This document shows, piece after piece, positions 52,633 to 64,000 of a stretch of 64,000 nucleotides of DNA (within the stretch, counting starts at the first letter, position 1; the number at the start of each line of letters is the position of its first letter). Made by a program: the position numbers and the translations under genes. The DNA comes from Nemertoderma westbladi (Eukaryota > Animalia > Xenacoelomorpha). The DNA lies in NCBI GenBank assembly GCA_032718475.1, contig JAUCBJ010006783.1, positions 1 to 64,000 on the forward strand, written 5' to 3'. Under the pieces are notes generated by a model, which searched no databases, was not told the DNA's origin, and saw only the letters and a program-made list of their open reading frames with translations.

Positions 52633-54180
52633 ATTTCATCTAATCCACTCGCTTTATTATTGGACATGCTTTTAATGCTTCTTTGGAGTTTGGCAGGTGT
52701 GAAGTCCCCTGTTTCTTTTGGTAGTGTCTTGTCATATATTTTCCTTGTAGGGCTGACCTCGATGTTTGGTGGCTGCCCAAGCAAGTTGCTGAAGTGATTT
52801 TTCCACTTCCCAACACGTTCTTCAGGACTATCGGCTTTGAGGCGCCCCTTTGTACAACTTTTCCGACCAGATACCTCATTTACAGTTTGCCAGGTAAGTT
52901 TTGATTGTTGCTGTATGTGAGCAGTTGTAATTGCTTCAGTTTTATCCTGTATGTACTTTTCCTGGCTGATGTTGTTGGCCAATTTAAGATCGTCCTTAGC
53001 TTTCTCAACCTTGTTAATGTTTTCGGTTGTTGGTTGTTCGGTTTTAACTTTGTAGGCTATCTTAAGATCTTCTCTCTTACAAGTAACCTCAGAGTTTTGC
53101 TATGGCACATACTGTTTTCGTTTGGATTTCTTGGGGATATGCCTCTTAGCTGATTCCTTGTGGGCTTTTATTATATTCTGGTATATTGAATCGGTGGATT
53201 GGTCTTCATCCATTGACTGAAGTGCTTCAAAGCGGTTTTGAACTTCTACTGTGTAAGAAGTGCATTGTCAGTTCTGAGTTTCTCCCAGTCATAGTTGATT
53301 TGCTTGCTTTTCCTGGGTTTGCTGGCTCTCAAACTGAGTCTGATCTCTGCAGTCACAATTCTGTGGTCCGAACCAATTAGGTTGAACGAGCTGTATGCCT
53401 CGCAGTTGATCATGCTGTTTCTCCACTTTTTCGGTTAAATATACATTAACCAATTAATAATACTTATACCAGGGGCTGAAAGGTGGCATCAAACGCGTTT
53501 ACATCATGTTCTCAAAACTCACTTTTTGCAGATAGGGTGTTTTACCTTTCCAAGGCTGTATACACCACACAAACAGAAAGTGATTAATTTTTTACGGCAT
53601 TTTTTTCAGCAATCGGTTCGTATTAATTATGTTAAAAAAATTTTTTTTTTGTCAATATGCCGTTGTGACAAACAATTATAAAACATTTTACATTTTAATT
53701 CACTCATTATCTATAATAGAGGCGAGTGTACAGCACCAATGCTGGTTATTGATGTATTATTTTACACATTTTTCTATAATTATCTTTACATCTTGGAGGC
53801 CAAACGTTTACATTTCCTTTATTCACATATTGTACATCATTTCCATCTAACTCCTATGTATTATAAGTTATCGGCTAACTAACGGTGTTTCTTTGTCTTT
53901 ATAGTCCGTATCTGTCTAAGTTAGACACATTTTGCGTTTCGTATGTCAACATTTTAAATTTAATTTCTGGTGTGTTATTTCATGGATTTAATATTTATTA
54001 TTTATATTATAATTGTTTTTATTAGCTTTTATATATTTTTATTCAGTAACTTTCTGGGGGCGGTAATGAGGTTTATCTGGGGGTGGATAGACTCAGTCTG
54101 CCGTAGGGCTGTAGGGGGTATAAGTGATTAGACATCTGACTATTTCGCTTATAATTAATTCTTTCGAGTTGTCAATTAAC

Positions 54181-54284
54181 AAGATAATGACATGTGCTGC
54201 GCGAAGGCCCCACAAAAAGGTAATGACATGTCTGCACGAAGGCCCCACAAAAAGATAATGACATGTGCTGCGCGAAGGCCCCAC
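54181..54284. repeat. Minisatellite, 3 copies of ~35-36 bp (AAGATAATGACATGTGCTGCGCGAAGGCCCCACAAA)
   Basis: Three adjacent near-identical units with no spacers. Confidence 0.9.
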
Positions 54285-55591
54285 TTGATGTTAGGTTCAT
54301 GTATGTTTGTAATGAGATCATATTCTTTAGTTTTTGGTCTCGGCCACAGAAAGTAAAAAAAAACGAAACTTAGCTGTCAAAATATATTTTTTTTTTAAAA
54401 GGTAAAAGTATATCATTCGATTGTATTTTTGCCATTGATTGCGAATCTGACAATAAAACATAATTCATAACAGAATTCATAATCATATCCATAATCATAT
54501 TCATAATATCATCATTTATTGTTAAATAATCACATCAAAGTTGATATGTTCCGAGATTCCTCAAGACTCATAAGCCGGGGAATGCCACCATGGAAGGGTG
54601 ATCTTCCCGGATAGTGGTACAAATTGACCCCAAGTGAAAAAGGTGATCTCCTGTTCAAATTAACTGAAAGTGAAAATACGTTTTGGTTTTTGTTTTGGTT
54701 AGAAAACACCGGCCGCTATAACCTGCTCAGCTTATTTCCCCTAATGTTTTAAATTAAATTAAACTAATTTTTCTTTTCACGCCACCGTTTTTGTTCGCTA
54801 TTTCTTTTCTGTCTATGTTGAATGGCGAAGTTAGTATCCGCGCAAGCTGTAATCTTCTGCTTATCTCGTATTGTCTGCTGCCTTTTCACGATTGTAAACA
54901 CCTTCTGTATAATTCCTTCTGTAAATTGTTTTCGCTGACAGGGTTCCAAGTCATTTATATGTTTGTCGACTTCTTGGTTCTTTCGGTGTACTAAGAGTTG
55001 CATGAACATTTTTGGATTTGAACTGCTTTTCACGGGTTTATCTCTTATGGCAAAAACCTTTCCTTCTCATGATTCTCAATGGTTTGGCAGACTGGCGGCG
55101 TCCTGGAATTCGGCGGATGACTAAAGTTAAGTTTACTTTTAGTTTTCTATTCGTTTTCCTTCGTAGATACACTTTGTTTTGGTTTGGACTTCTTGATAAT
55201 ACTAGAAAGCCAGCAAGCTGGCTGGAAGGAGCCCGGGGGAAAAATCCTAGCCAAGACTACTACAAAGAACTATGTCAGTCAGCAGTAAGTAAACTAAACA
55301 GTTGTCTAAACTGTAAGGCGTGAGGCTAGCTGACTTTGTGGCTCACCCCACATAATAAAAAATGCAACTTAGCTACCACTAACAAAAATATATGAAGCAA
55401 ATAATTTCATTATCAAGCTTGAAACCAACAGCTTATGTGTGAGTAAACATTTCCTTATAGCCTACAAGTAAAACTTGGCAATCAACACATTTTACTATGA
55501 CTGTGTCTAACTCTAGCATATTATTAGCAAGTCGGTAGACTTGATTACTGCAAGAATTGACAGCGGGATACTTAGTGTAAAAATCTCAGGA

Positions 55592-56651
55592 TATATAACA
55601 CTGGCAGACTGACTGATAATTATCCAGGTTCAGGCACTTCCTGCCTGGCGATTTTGATGAAATTTTGCAAGTACATTGCTTTGGTGGTTCATAATCGCGT
55701 TACAAAATTTCAGATCAACTCTATGTGTGGTATTCGATATATTTAGTTTTTTGACATTATTTTGTCGCGAAATTAAAAGCAATGGTATAATAACAGCTGC
55801 TGTTCATGATGAACTATGGCTTAATAATGTCAGAATTATACACAGTCATAGTAAAACGTGTTGTTTGCCAAGTTTTACTAGTAGGTTATAAGGAAAGGCA
55901 AGAATGTACTTAGTACATCCATACTGTTTGTTTAGGCCCTACCACTCTCTGGCAAACACCTGGGTTTCTACACAGGCTTAGTATAAATCGATGAGGTTGC
56001 CAACTGGCTGGTTTAGTTTGCAATCTATTACCGCCTCAGCTGAATAACTCTTCCCAATGCGTCCTATGGAAAATCTACAAGTTACTCACTCTTCTAATTA
56101 ACTGCTGAATGACTGTTAGGTAAACAGTATGTTGGCTACATTAATTCCAACAGTAATACTGTGGAGACTGCATGTGTATAAAAGTGTATGTTAAATCAGC
56201 CACATAATATGATTCTCCATAGGCTAACATTATAGTTTGAATAGTTTACTCTACTGTGGCATTCGGTGAATGGATTTGAGCAATTGCCAAGTTACAGAGT
56301 GGGATATCTCTGGCCATAGGTAAATACTTCCCTTCTGACCATGTAAACATTGTTGATGGAATTTACATTTGATTCATGACTTCCGACTTGCTTAACGGCG
56401 TCGTGATGCCGTCTCTTGTTAAGCCATATTTCATCGTGAACACCAGCTGTTATTGGTGTTGGTATTGCTTTTAATTTCGCGACAAAATAATGTCACAAAA
56501 CGAAATATATCGAATACCACACATAGAATCGATCTGAAATTTTGTAACGCGATTATGAACCACCAAAGCAATGTACTTTCAAAATTTCATAAAAAACGCA
56601 AGGCAGTAAGTGCCTGAACCTGGATTATTATCAGTCAGTCAGTGTTATATA
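55592..56651. mobile_element. MITE / foldback-type non-autonomous DNA transposon with ~230-bp terminal inverted repeats
   Basis: 55592-55824 is the diverged reverse complement of 56419-56651. Ends are TATATAACACTG...CAGTGTTATATA and the interior is non-coding. Confidence 0.85.
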
Positions 56652-58081
56652 ACCACAACCCGCCTGTCAGTAATCTACCGGTATCTAAATATCTGGCAGT
56701 AAGCCAAACTGAAACTCTTTAAAACAGAAACTACTTCAGTCAGAACCGGTCGATAGACAAACCGGCTCTATTCAACAGTAACTATTAATTTATAATTTTG
56801 TTTAAGTAGATTATAAATTACTGACCCCTGCTACATACAGACTATAGAATGTTTCAGCAGTCCGCATCAATTATTGAAAATAATGATTAAAGTTTTAGAA
56901 TTCAGTTTCAAATTTAAACATCCCCCTCAATATCACACTGCTTACAACAGTGATAATTTGTAGAGTTGGGCAATTAAGATGGTAGAGTTTCGAACTGCTT
57001 AACTGCACAATGTTGAGTTTGGACATGAATATAGTCGAGTTTGGATCTATAATTTGCTCTTTTCCAAACTCTATCAAATCCAAACTCTACATTGCTTATG
57101 TCAAACACTCACATTCACATAGAACTAATTTGAATAACCACTAATCGGTAAAGACTTATTTTTATGGAAGACAAAGTAAATGATTATGTGATTTGCATCA
57201 TTACAATATAAAGACGGCGTTGGCAAATTTTTGGCAGAACTTGAAAGTTAAAATCCAAACTCTACATTTTTATCTCAAAATAATATATTTAACAATTTGG
57301 AGGCTTGTATTATTTTCCAGACAAAAGTAATATAAATAAGCAGTGATAGTGATGTACCTGAAAGGCTAATACAGGCTTTACTTCAAGAGTAAAATGGATC
57401 CGCATATACTAGTTTGAAGATTACAGCAACTGTATCTTTACAGTCTAGTATTATACTAATATTATCGATTTTTTCGACATGCAGTTTTAAACGAGCACCC
57501 AAATCCACCAGAGGCCTAACTTATGTTGTTAATATAGTTGAAAGACCCCGCCACCTTTCCTCTATCAGAAATCATATTGATTCTTGGCATTGTAAGTGTA
57601 GATCAACTTGCACGTTGAGTCACAGCTAGTACACTTCTTGTTTCGGGCAAACTCTACAAAATACTCTACATAAATAAGCATTGTATTTTACGTATAAATA
57701 TGGCCATTAAAAAAACCTTTTCATCTGAATTTTATATAATGTTGAAGAGTTTGTCGAGCTTGTTCGAATGAGCTATCGATGGTCACAATTGACCCACTGG
57801 TTCAGGACCTTAACCTTTTACTGATGGTAAATAAGGAATCAATTTCAACATAAACAAACAATTTAATTGACTATTGTGGCAGTATAATCGTACTGCTAAT
57901 GTCTCGTCATAAAGTATAATATGAAGGCAGTAGTTAGCCTACACCAGTACTGATAAATGCAATGAATAGTATGAGTGAAAGTGAAAGTTCTCTAACACTT
58001 GTCCGAGTATATGGCAAACTCAGTAGGTCCTGAGTATGTAAGTGGCACCGCCACATGACCCCCCCCCAGACTCGGAAAGAG

Positions 58082-61000
58082 TTAGAGGTAGTGAGGGGGG
58101 TGGATAGTGCGTCCAGACCGAGTTCGAACAGACGGGGCGTCCGGGGTGGGCGGTGGTGGTGTGTATGTCGGTGTCCCCCTAGTGGCGGGAAGGTCGGGAG
58201 GAACTCTGGGAGGTCGGCCGCGACGCCGTGGCTGCCCGTAGACGATCGGCTCAGTGCAGTCTAGATGTGCCGGCTTCAGTCGGTCGACGGACACTGTCTC
58301 GGTGCGGCCCCCAATGTCGAGTTGGAACGTCTTGGGCCCATGGACCAGGACCCGGTAGGGTCCCTCATATGGGCGTTCCAGGGGCGTCCGGTGGGCGTCC
58401 CGTCGGACGAAGACGTGTGGGGCATTTTGGAGTTCGTGGGGAACAGACGATGGGGTTGGACCGTGACGCGACGTGGGGACTGGGGCGAACCGTCCGACAC
58501 GCTCGCGAAGTTGCGGAAGGATCGTGGACGGAGAGTGTGGGACGTCCGTCTGCGTGGGCGGGAGGAACTCGCCCGGGACGGTGAGGGGGGCACCGTAAAC
58601 CAACTCGGCGGTGGAGGTGCCCAAGTCGTCCTTGGGTGCGGTCCTAATTCCGAGAAGGACCCACGGCAACTCGTCGACCCAGGCGGGGCCGGTGAGGGAC
58701 GCACGGAGGGCGGACTTGAGGTGGCGGTGGAAACGTTCCACCAGTCCGTTCGCCTGCGGGTGGTAGGCCGTTGTGCGGTGCAGTTGGGTGCCCAGCAGCT
58801 GGTTGACGGCGGACCAGAGCTGGGAAGTGAACTGCGAGCCCCGGTCGGAGGACACGTCAGTAGGGACGCCAAAACGGGCGATCCAGTTCGCGATGAGCGC
58901 GCGGGCGCAGCTCTCAGTGGAGGTGTCGGTGAGGGGAATGGCCTCCGGCCACCGGGTGAATCGATCCACCATCGTTAGGAGATGGGTGTACCCGTGGGAC
59001 GGCGGGAGGGGCCCGACCAGATCTATGTGGATGTGGTCGAAGCGGCGATGGGGAGTCTCGATGGTGCCGAGGGGAGCGCGGACGTGGTGTTGCACCTTGG
59101 ACGTTTGGCACGGCACACAGGTTGTTGCCCATGCACCGACCTGTTTCCGGAGGCCATGCCAAACGAATCGGTCGGCGACGATTTTCTTAGTCGTGCGGAC
59201 CCCCGACGATTTTCTTAGTCGTGCGGACCCCCGGGTGCGAGAGGCCGTGGATGACGTCGAAGACGTGGCGACGCCACGTGGCCGGAACGACCGGTCTGGG
59301 GTGGCCGAGAGAGACGTCGCAGAGCAGCGTTGCGCCGGAGGGGCCGATGGGGACGTCCTGCAGTTCGAGGCCCGAGATGGCGGTGCGGTATGCGGCCATC
59401 TCGCTGTCGGCGAGTTGGGCGGCAGCCATGGCGACGTAGTCGAGGCCGGGGGTGTGTACAGCGCCGATGTGTGTCCTGGAGAGGGCGTCCGCCACACAGT
59501 TATCTTTCCCCGAGACGTGGGCGATGGCCGTGGTGAACTCCGACACATAGGCGATGTGCCGCTGTTGTCTGGAGGACCACGGGTCACTGATCTTGGAGAA
59601 AGCGAACGTGAGAGGTTTGTGGTCCGTGTAGGCGGTGAAGGCGCGCCCCTCCAGGAAGTACCGGAAGTGGCGAATCGCGAGGTAAAGAGCCAGGAGCTCC
59701 CGGTCGAACGCGCTGTACTTCACCTCCGGGGGTCTCAACTGGCGGCTGAAGAACGCTAGGGGGCGCCACGACCCGCCGACCAGCTGCTCGAGGACGGCGC
59801 CCACGGCCGTGCCAGAGGCGTCCACTGTGAGTGCCGTGGGGGCGGTGGCTTCGGGGTGGGCCAACATGGTGGCGTGGGCGAGGACCTCCTTCGTGTCCCG
59901 GAAGGCTACCAGCATGTCGGGAGACCAATCGAGGAGTTTCGGCTTGGTACCGGAAAGGGCCCTGTAGAGAGGCCGCATAATGGCTGCAGCAGAGGGGATG
60001 AACCGATGGTAGAAGTTTACCATCCCCACGAACTCCTGCAGGCCCTTAACGGTGGTGGGCTGGGCGAAATCCCTGATGGCGGCGACCTTGTCAGGGAGGG
60101 GAACGGCTCCATGGGCCGAGATGCGGTGGCCGAGGAAGTCGATGACCGGTCGACCGAACTGGCACTTGGCGAGGTTGATGACGAGGCCGTGCTGCTGGAG
60201 GCGCGAGAAGAGCTGACGGAGATGGTCTCGGTGCTCCTGTCTGGACCGACTCGCGACGAGGACATCGTCTAGGTAGATGAAGACGAAGTCGAGTCCCTGG
60301 AGCGCCGAGTCCATCAGTCTCTGGAAGGCCTGGGCCGCGTTCTTCAGCCCGAACGGTACCCGGAGGAACTCGAAAAGGCCGAACGGGGTGATGACGGCGG
60401 TCTTAGCGATGTCGACCTCATGGATGGGTATCTGGTGGTAACCGCGCACCAGATCGATCTTAGAGAAGATCCGTGCTCCTGCCAGGCGGGAGGAGAAGTC
60501 CTGGATGTGGGGAACAGGATACCGATCCGGAGTCGTGGCGTCGTTGAGGCGGCGGTAGTCGCCGCAGGGCCTCCAGCCACCCGAGGGTTTCGGGGCCATG
60601 TGGAGGGGAGACGACCAGGGACTGTTAGATCGGCGGACGATCCCCATCTCCTCCATCTTGCGGAACTCCTCCTTGGCGATCGCCAGTTTGTCTGGAGGGA
60701 GACGGCGGGCGCGGGCGTGGACTGGTGGCCCTTCGGTGGGGATATAGAGTTCCACGCCGTGTTTCACCGTCGGGTCGGAGAACCGAGGCTCCGTGATGTC
60801 GGGGAACTCGGCAAGGAGACGGGCGAACTCGTTGTCGGAGGAGGCGACGGAACCGAGGTGGAGAGCGTGTCCCGGGGTCCGCCCGCATGGAATCGAGGTC
60901 AACGTCTCGGCGTCGACCAGACGGCGGCCTCTCAGATCAACCAACAGGTTGTTGGCCCGGAGGAAGTCGGCTCCGAGGAGAGGCTGGTCCACGTCCGCGG

Positions 61001-61268
61001 CCGTGAACCGCCACTCGAATTGGCGGGTCCCGAAACGCAGCGGAATTGTGCGTTGTCCGTATGTCCTGATCGAGGTGCTATTGGCGGCTACGAGGGGCGG
61101 ACCGCTTCCGCCCGCGCGTGCCTCGTGCGTCATAGCCGGGATGACGCTGACCTCGGCCCCGGTGTCCACCAGAAACCGTTGCCCGGACAGTCGGTCCAGG
61201 ACAAATAGCAGCAGATCGGGGTGGCCGGCCGTAGCAGCTGCTACTGACGGCCGGCCGGGGCGTTTCCC
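58082..61268 (-). pseudogene. Gypsy pol (protease, RT, RNase H, integrase with GPY/F motif), frameshifted by a 28-bp duplication
   Basis: [47 protein letters not shown]. Tandem duplication at 59176-59231. Confidence 0.93.
61223..61268 (-). promoter_or_regulatory. Programmed -1 ribosomal frameshift signal (G GGA AAC plus hairpin)
   Basis: Slippery heptamer in the Gag frame at 61268-61262, 5-nt spacer, then a 10-bp stem GGCCGGCCGT/ACGGCCGGCC, in the gag/pol overlap. Confidence 0.85.
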
Positions 61269-61981
61269 GGAAAAGTGCAGGGCGAGCGGCACTTCAGGGC
61301 GTCGGTGCCAAACTTCTGGTGGAAGTAGCACCAGTCGTCGTGAGCAGGCTGGGGGACGCGTGAACTCCGGCCGCTAGTTGGGGGGCCGGTGGAGGGCTTG
61401 TGGCGGGCCGGCCCGCCGGGACCTCGTACAGTACGCACTGCCGGCTCCGGTACGATGAGCGGCGTCGCTACAGCATGAGCGGAGAGTGAGCTCGAGCGGG
61501 AGGTTTCCCAAAGCGCGTCGGCACGGTCTGCGACGCGGTCGAGGTCGCGAAAGTCCTCCTCGGCGAGTTGGAGGCGTATGGCGTCGGGCATCTGGCGGAG
61601 GAACGCCTCCTCGAACAGCAGGCAGTGGTGGTTATCACCGAGGAGTGCCTGCATCTCACCGAGGAGCTGCGAGGGTCGGCGGTCGCCGAGGCCGTTCAAG
61701 TCCCAGAGCCGCGCGGCGCGGTCGCGGCGGGAGAGTCCGAACACCTTGAGGAGTTTGGCCTTGATCTGGGCGTACTGGTCGACAGTAGGGGGATCCCGGA
61801 TCAGCTGGAGGAGGCGACTGGCAGTGTCCTGGTCGAGGGCCCCCACCACGTAGTAGTACTTAGTGGCCTCGGTTGTGACGCCCCGGATGGCGAACTGTGC
61901 CTCGGCCTGGGCGAACCAAACCTCAGGCTGGTTAGTCCAGAAGGTGGGCAGTTTCAGGGAGACGGCATTTGCCTCAGCCAT
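61241..61981 (-). CDS. Gypsy Gag (246 aa) with CHCC zinc knuckle
   Basis: [23 protein letters not shown]-terminus and [18 protein letters not shown] (C-X2-H-X9-C-X3-C). Confidence 0.93.
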   Translation of the reverse strand: MAEANAVSLKLPTFWTNQPEVWFAQAEAQFAIRGVTTEATKYYYVVGALDQDTASRLLQLIRDPPTVDQYAQIKAKLLKVFGLSRRDRAARLWDLNGLGDRRPSQLLGEMQALLGDNHHCLLFEEAFLRQMPDAIRLQLAEEDFRDLDRVADRADALWETSRSSSLSAHAVATPLIVPEPAVRTVRGPGGPARHKPSTGPPTSGRSSRVPQPAHDDWCYFHQKFGTDALKCRSPCTFPGNAPAGRQ

Positions 61982-62058
61982 GGTGAAGGCGTTGGAGCGG
62001 GGCGCGAATAACGGGAGGGCTGTTGGTTGCAGTTCGACTCAACAAATCGTGCTGAGCA

Positions 62059-62070
62059 GTCGGGTCACCA
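62059..62070 (-). promoter_or_regulatory. Gypsy PBS TGGTGACCCGAC (tRNA-Trp-like)
   Basis: One nt inside the 5' LTR. Matches the complement of the tRNA-Trp 3' end (TGGTGACCCCGAC) with one C fewer. Confidence 0.75.
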
Positions 62071-62494
62071 ATGTGGCAGTATAATCGTACTGCTAATGTC
62101 TCGTCATAAAGTATAATATGAAGGCAGTAGTTAGCCTACACCAGTACTGATAAATGCAATGAATAGTATGAGTGAAAGTGAAAGTTCTCTAACACTCGTC
62201 CGAGTATATGGCAAACTCAGTAGGTCCTGAGTATGTAAGTGGCACCGCCACACTATTAATTATCGTCAAACTGGAATTATTGCAAATCAAAACCAAAGAA
62301 AATCAAACGGTAAATATAAACACTTACAAAATAAATTACCTAAAAAAAAGGCACCAAAACAGAACCAAAACGGGTCGAGGAAACAATGTATTAAAGAAAG
62401 TCCAACCCGAGTTAATTCTTCCTCACCCCTAAACCCAAATTAATTAAATTAAGTACCGCTACCCAATACGATTAATAGCACCACCAACTCGCTA

Positions 62495-62730
62495 TTATTT
62501 GCCGCTATCTTGTGATTTATTCAGTAATACTGATTCCCCCGTTGTCTCTTCGTCTGGTTTCTCTGCAATGGCATTAGAAGTTTCTAGTATTTTCGTTTTG
62601 CTTTTAAGATCTTCTGTAATTTCACAGAGTTTGGGGGGCGGGGCCGTTGGCTTGTCGCTGGTAGGAGTCGGGCTGCTCTGCTGGATTTGCATTCGGTACT
62701 TGTAAATAGTTTCTGTGGTGTCTAACGAAC
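62495..62730 (-). CDS. Probable terminal exon of an unidentified gene
   Basis: Acceptor TTGTTGCAG, phase 1, encodes (G)SLDTTETIYKYRMQ...DSGK followed by TAA TAG. In phase with the exon at 63323-63515. Confidence 0.65.
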
Positions 62731-63322
62731 CTGCAACAATAGATAACGTCATCATGGTGAACTATATCATGGATTCTCCATCCAATTACTCAGATTGTTG
62801 AACAATTAATTGCTTTAATTCTATAGTGACTCACTTTTCACTTCTCACTTTTCACTGATTTTTATTTATTATATTTATTCCCAATTGTTCGTCAACAAAT
62901 TTATTTTGTATTTAATTTAATAAAATTTATTTTATTTATAAAATAATTAATTGTTATATTCCTGTTGCAGGAATAAACATGAGTATACTAAGTAGGTCTA
63001 CAGGGGAAACTTTAATTCCAAAAAATTGTTTTGTTATATTTCTGTGCGGTTTGCTAGCTTACACCGCTAATGGTTGAGTCGCTTTAAGTTTTAGAATGTT
63101 TAGGAATATTGATTAAATTCAATACACCGGGCGTTGTACCGATTCTGTTGAGTGTGAACGGGTCTTTATGTAAACAATCTTACACATCTGTCATCCATGC
63201 TAGAGAAAATGGATAGATAATTAATACTATAGAAAGGTTCTAGAAGTTTATTGTTTCTTTGCAGCGTAACGAGGATAATGTAACAAAATGATTAACAGAT
63301 CTAATAACTGCGACTAACTTAC

Positions 63323-63515
63323 CCGATGTAAGATTGAATGTGCGACCCTTTATTTCTATCTGGGAGGGGGGTAGCAACCAACTATACAAGGACCCAACTA
63401 TCGGGAGCTGACGGATAACTCCCCGTTGGTAAACATTATGTTGGAGTTCTTCGTCGAGTAAGGAGGATGCTTCGTCAATGCCGTGGCGAACTAACTCACT
63501 GAGTTTCTCTAAGGC
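63323..63515 (-). CDS. Probable penultimate exon of the same unidentified gene (absent from the ORF track)
   Basis: Acceptor TTATTCCACCAG, 193-nt open frame ALEKLSELVRHGIDEASSLLDEELQHNVYQRGVIRQLPIVGSLYSWLLPPSQIEIKGRTFNLTS-G, perfect donor G|GTAAGT. Confidence 0.7.
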
Positions 63516-63656
63516 CTGGTGGAATAAATAAAGTTAGTTAGAAGTTAACGGGAGGGGGGGGGGGGTCATGTAGATAAATACTCAAATCGAATTGCTTTTT
63601 ATTCTTCCTTTCTTTATTTTTTTATTATACTGCACGTCATATGGATGAAGGGAAAG

Positions 63657-63778
63657 GGAGAACAGGGCAGCGACTAATAGCAGAGCTAGTGGTTGTCGGA
63701 GAACAGGGCAGCGACTAATAGCAGAGCTAGTGGTTGTCGGAGAACAGGGCAGCGACTAATAGCAGAGCTAGTGGTTGT
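63657..63778. repeat. Minisatellite, 3 x 41 bp (GGAGAACAGGGCAGCGACTAATAGCAGAGCTAGTGGTTGTC)
   Basis: Perfect head-to-tail copies at 63657, 63698 and 63739. Confidence 0.95.
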
Positions 63779-64000
63779 TACTACCCTAGTGGTTGAGGAG
63801 GTAAGAGATTGTGAGGGATTGTAAGCGGGGCGGGGGGGGGGGGGGGGGGGTAATCCAAATTACGTTTTTGTAGGAGCATTTATTAGCCGTCACATCACAT
63901 TATGAGGTTACTAAGTCGTTTCAAGACAACTTTTTAAATCAAAGAATAAATCAAAAATTTTAGACGCTTGCGAAATTCCCGAAAATTATGAAGTTTGCGA

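Larger units (their letters stand above)
46468..53431 (-). mobile_element. 5'-truncated, decayed RTE-like non-LTR retrotransposon, interrupted by copia copy 2
   Basis: APE endonuclease end (KKWRNSMINCEAYSSFNLIGSDHRIV, ~53350-53430), RT (GVLQGD.LAPLLF, ADDIALL), RTE-type C-terminus (RRLRFSGHCWR, RSRGRP) and a (TAG)n tail. Confidence 0.9.
45816..53560. mobile_element. Degraded non-autonomous DNA transposon (outer shell of a nested stack), superfamily unassigned
   Basis: Imperfect TIR: 45816-45846 versus the reverse complement of 53530-53560 matches 25/31. The motif AAAACACCCTAT recurs about 6 times in both orientations at 45960-46395. Confidence 0.55.
57875..62252 (-). mobile_element. Full-length Ty3/gypsy LTR retrotransposon, CsRn1/Kabuki-like clade
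   Basis: 181-bp TG...CA LTRs (57875-58055 and 62072-62252, one C/T difference seen), 4-bp TSD CTAT, G9 PPT (58059-58067), tRNA-Trp-like PBS, CHCC Gag motif, PR-RT-RH-IN order. Confidence 0.96.

Noticed and set aside
54764-55323. Short ORFs that might be a transposase or gene fragment
   Set aside because: No recognisable motif or convincing splice pairing.
58055-62084. Long plus-strand ORFs over the gypsy, and antisense ORFs over both copia copies
   Set aside because: Shadow frames of real coding sequence, favoured by high GC, with no recognisable motifs.
63657-63778. 41-bp repeats (and the 36-bp repeats at 54181-54284) as CRISPR arrays
   Set aside because: Head-to-tail with no unique spacers, no cas genes, and a eukaryotic context.

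Overview
Eukaryotic (probably invertebrate animal) genomic DNA. The first 43 kb is almost all two tandem satellites: a 19-bp AT-rich unit (1-20059) and a 27-bp G-rich unit (20430-43335). Between them is a ~370-bp unique island holding a 149-bp exon. That exon splices in phase, across a 24,564-bp intron, to a terminal exon at 44884-45296. Together they encode the C-terminal GOLD domain of an ACBD3/GCP60-like protein, so the 27-bp satellite is certainly intronic and the 19-bp one probably is. An intact young Ty1/copia element sits in the 27-bp array. Downstream are a nested stack (DNA-transposon remnant > RTE-like LINE > a second, broken, inverted copy of the same copia), a long-TIR MITE, a full-length CsRn1-type Ty3/gypsy element with one frameshift, and the last two exons of an unidentified minus-strand gene. 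Most ORFs in the supplied track are repeat or antisense artefacts. All comparisons were made by eye.
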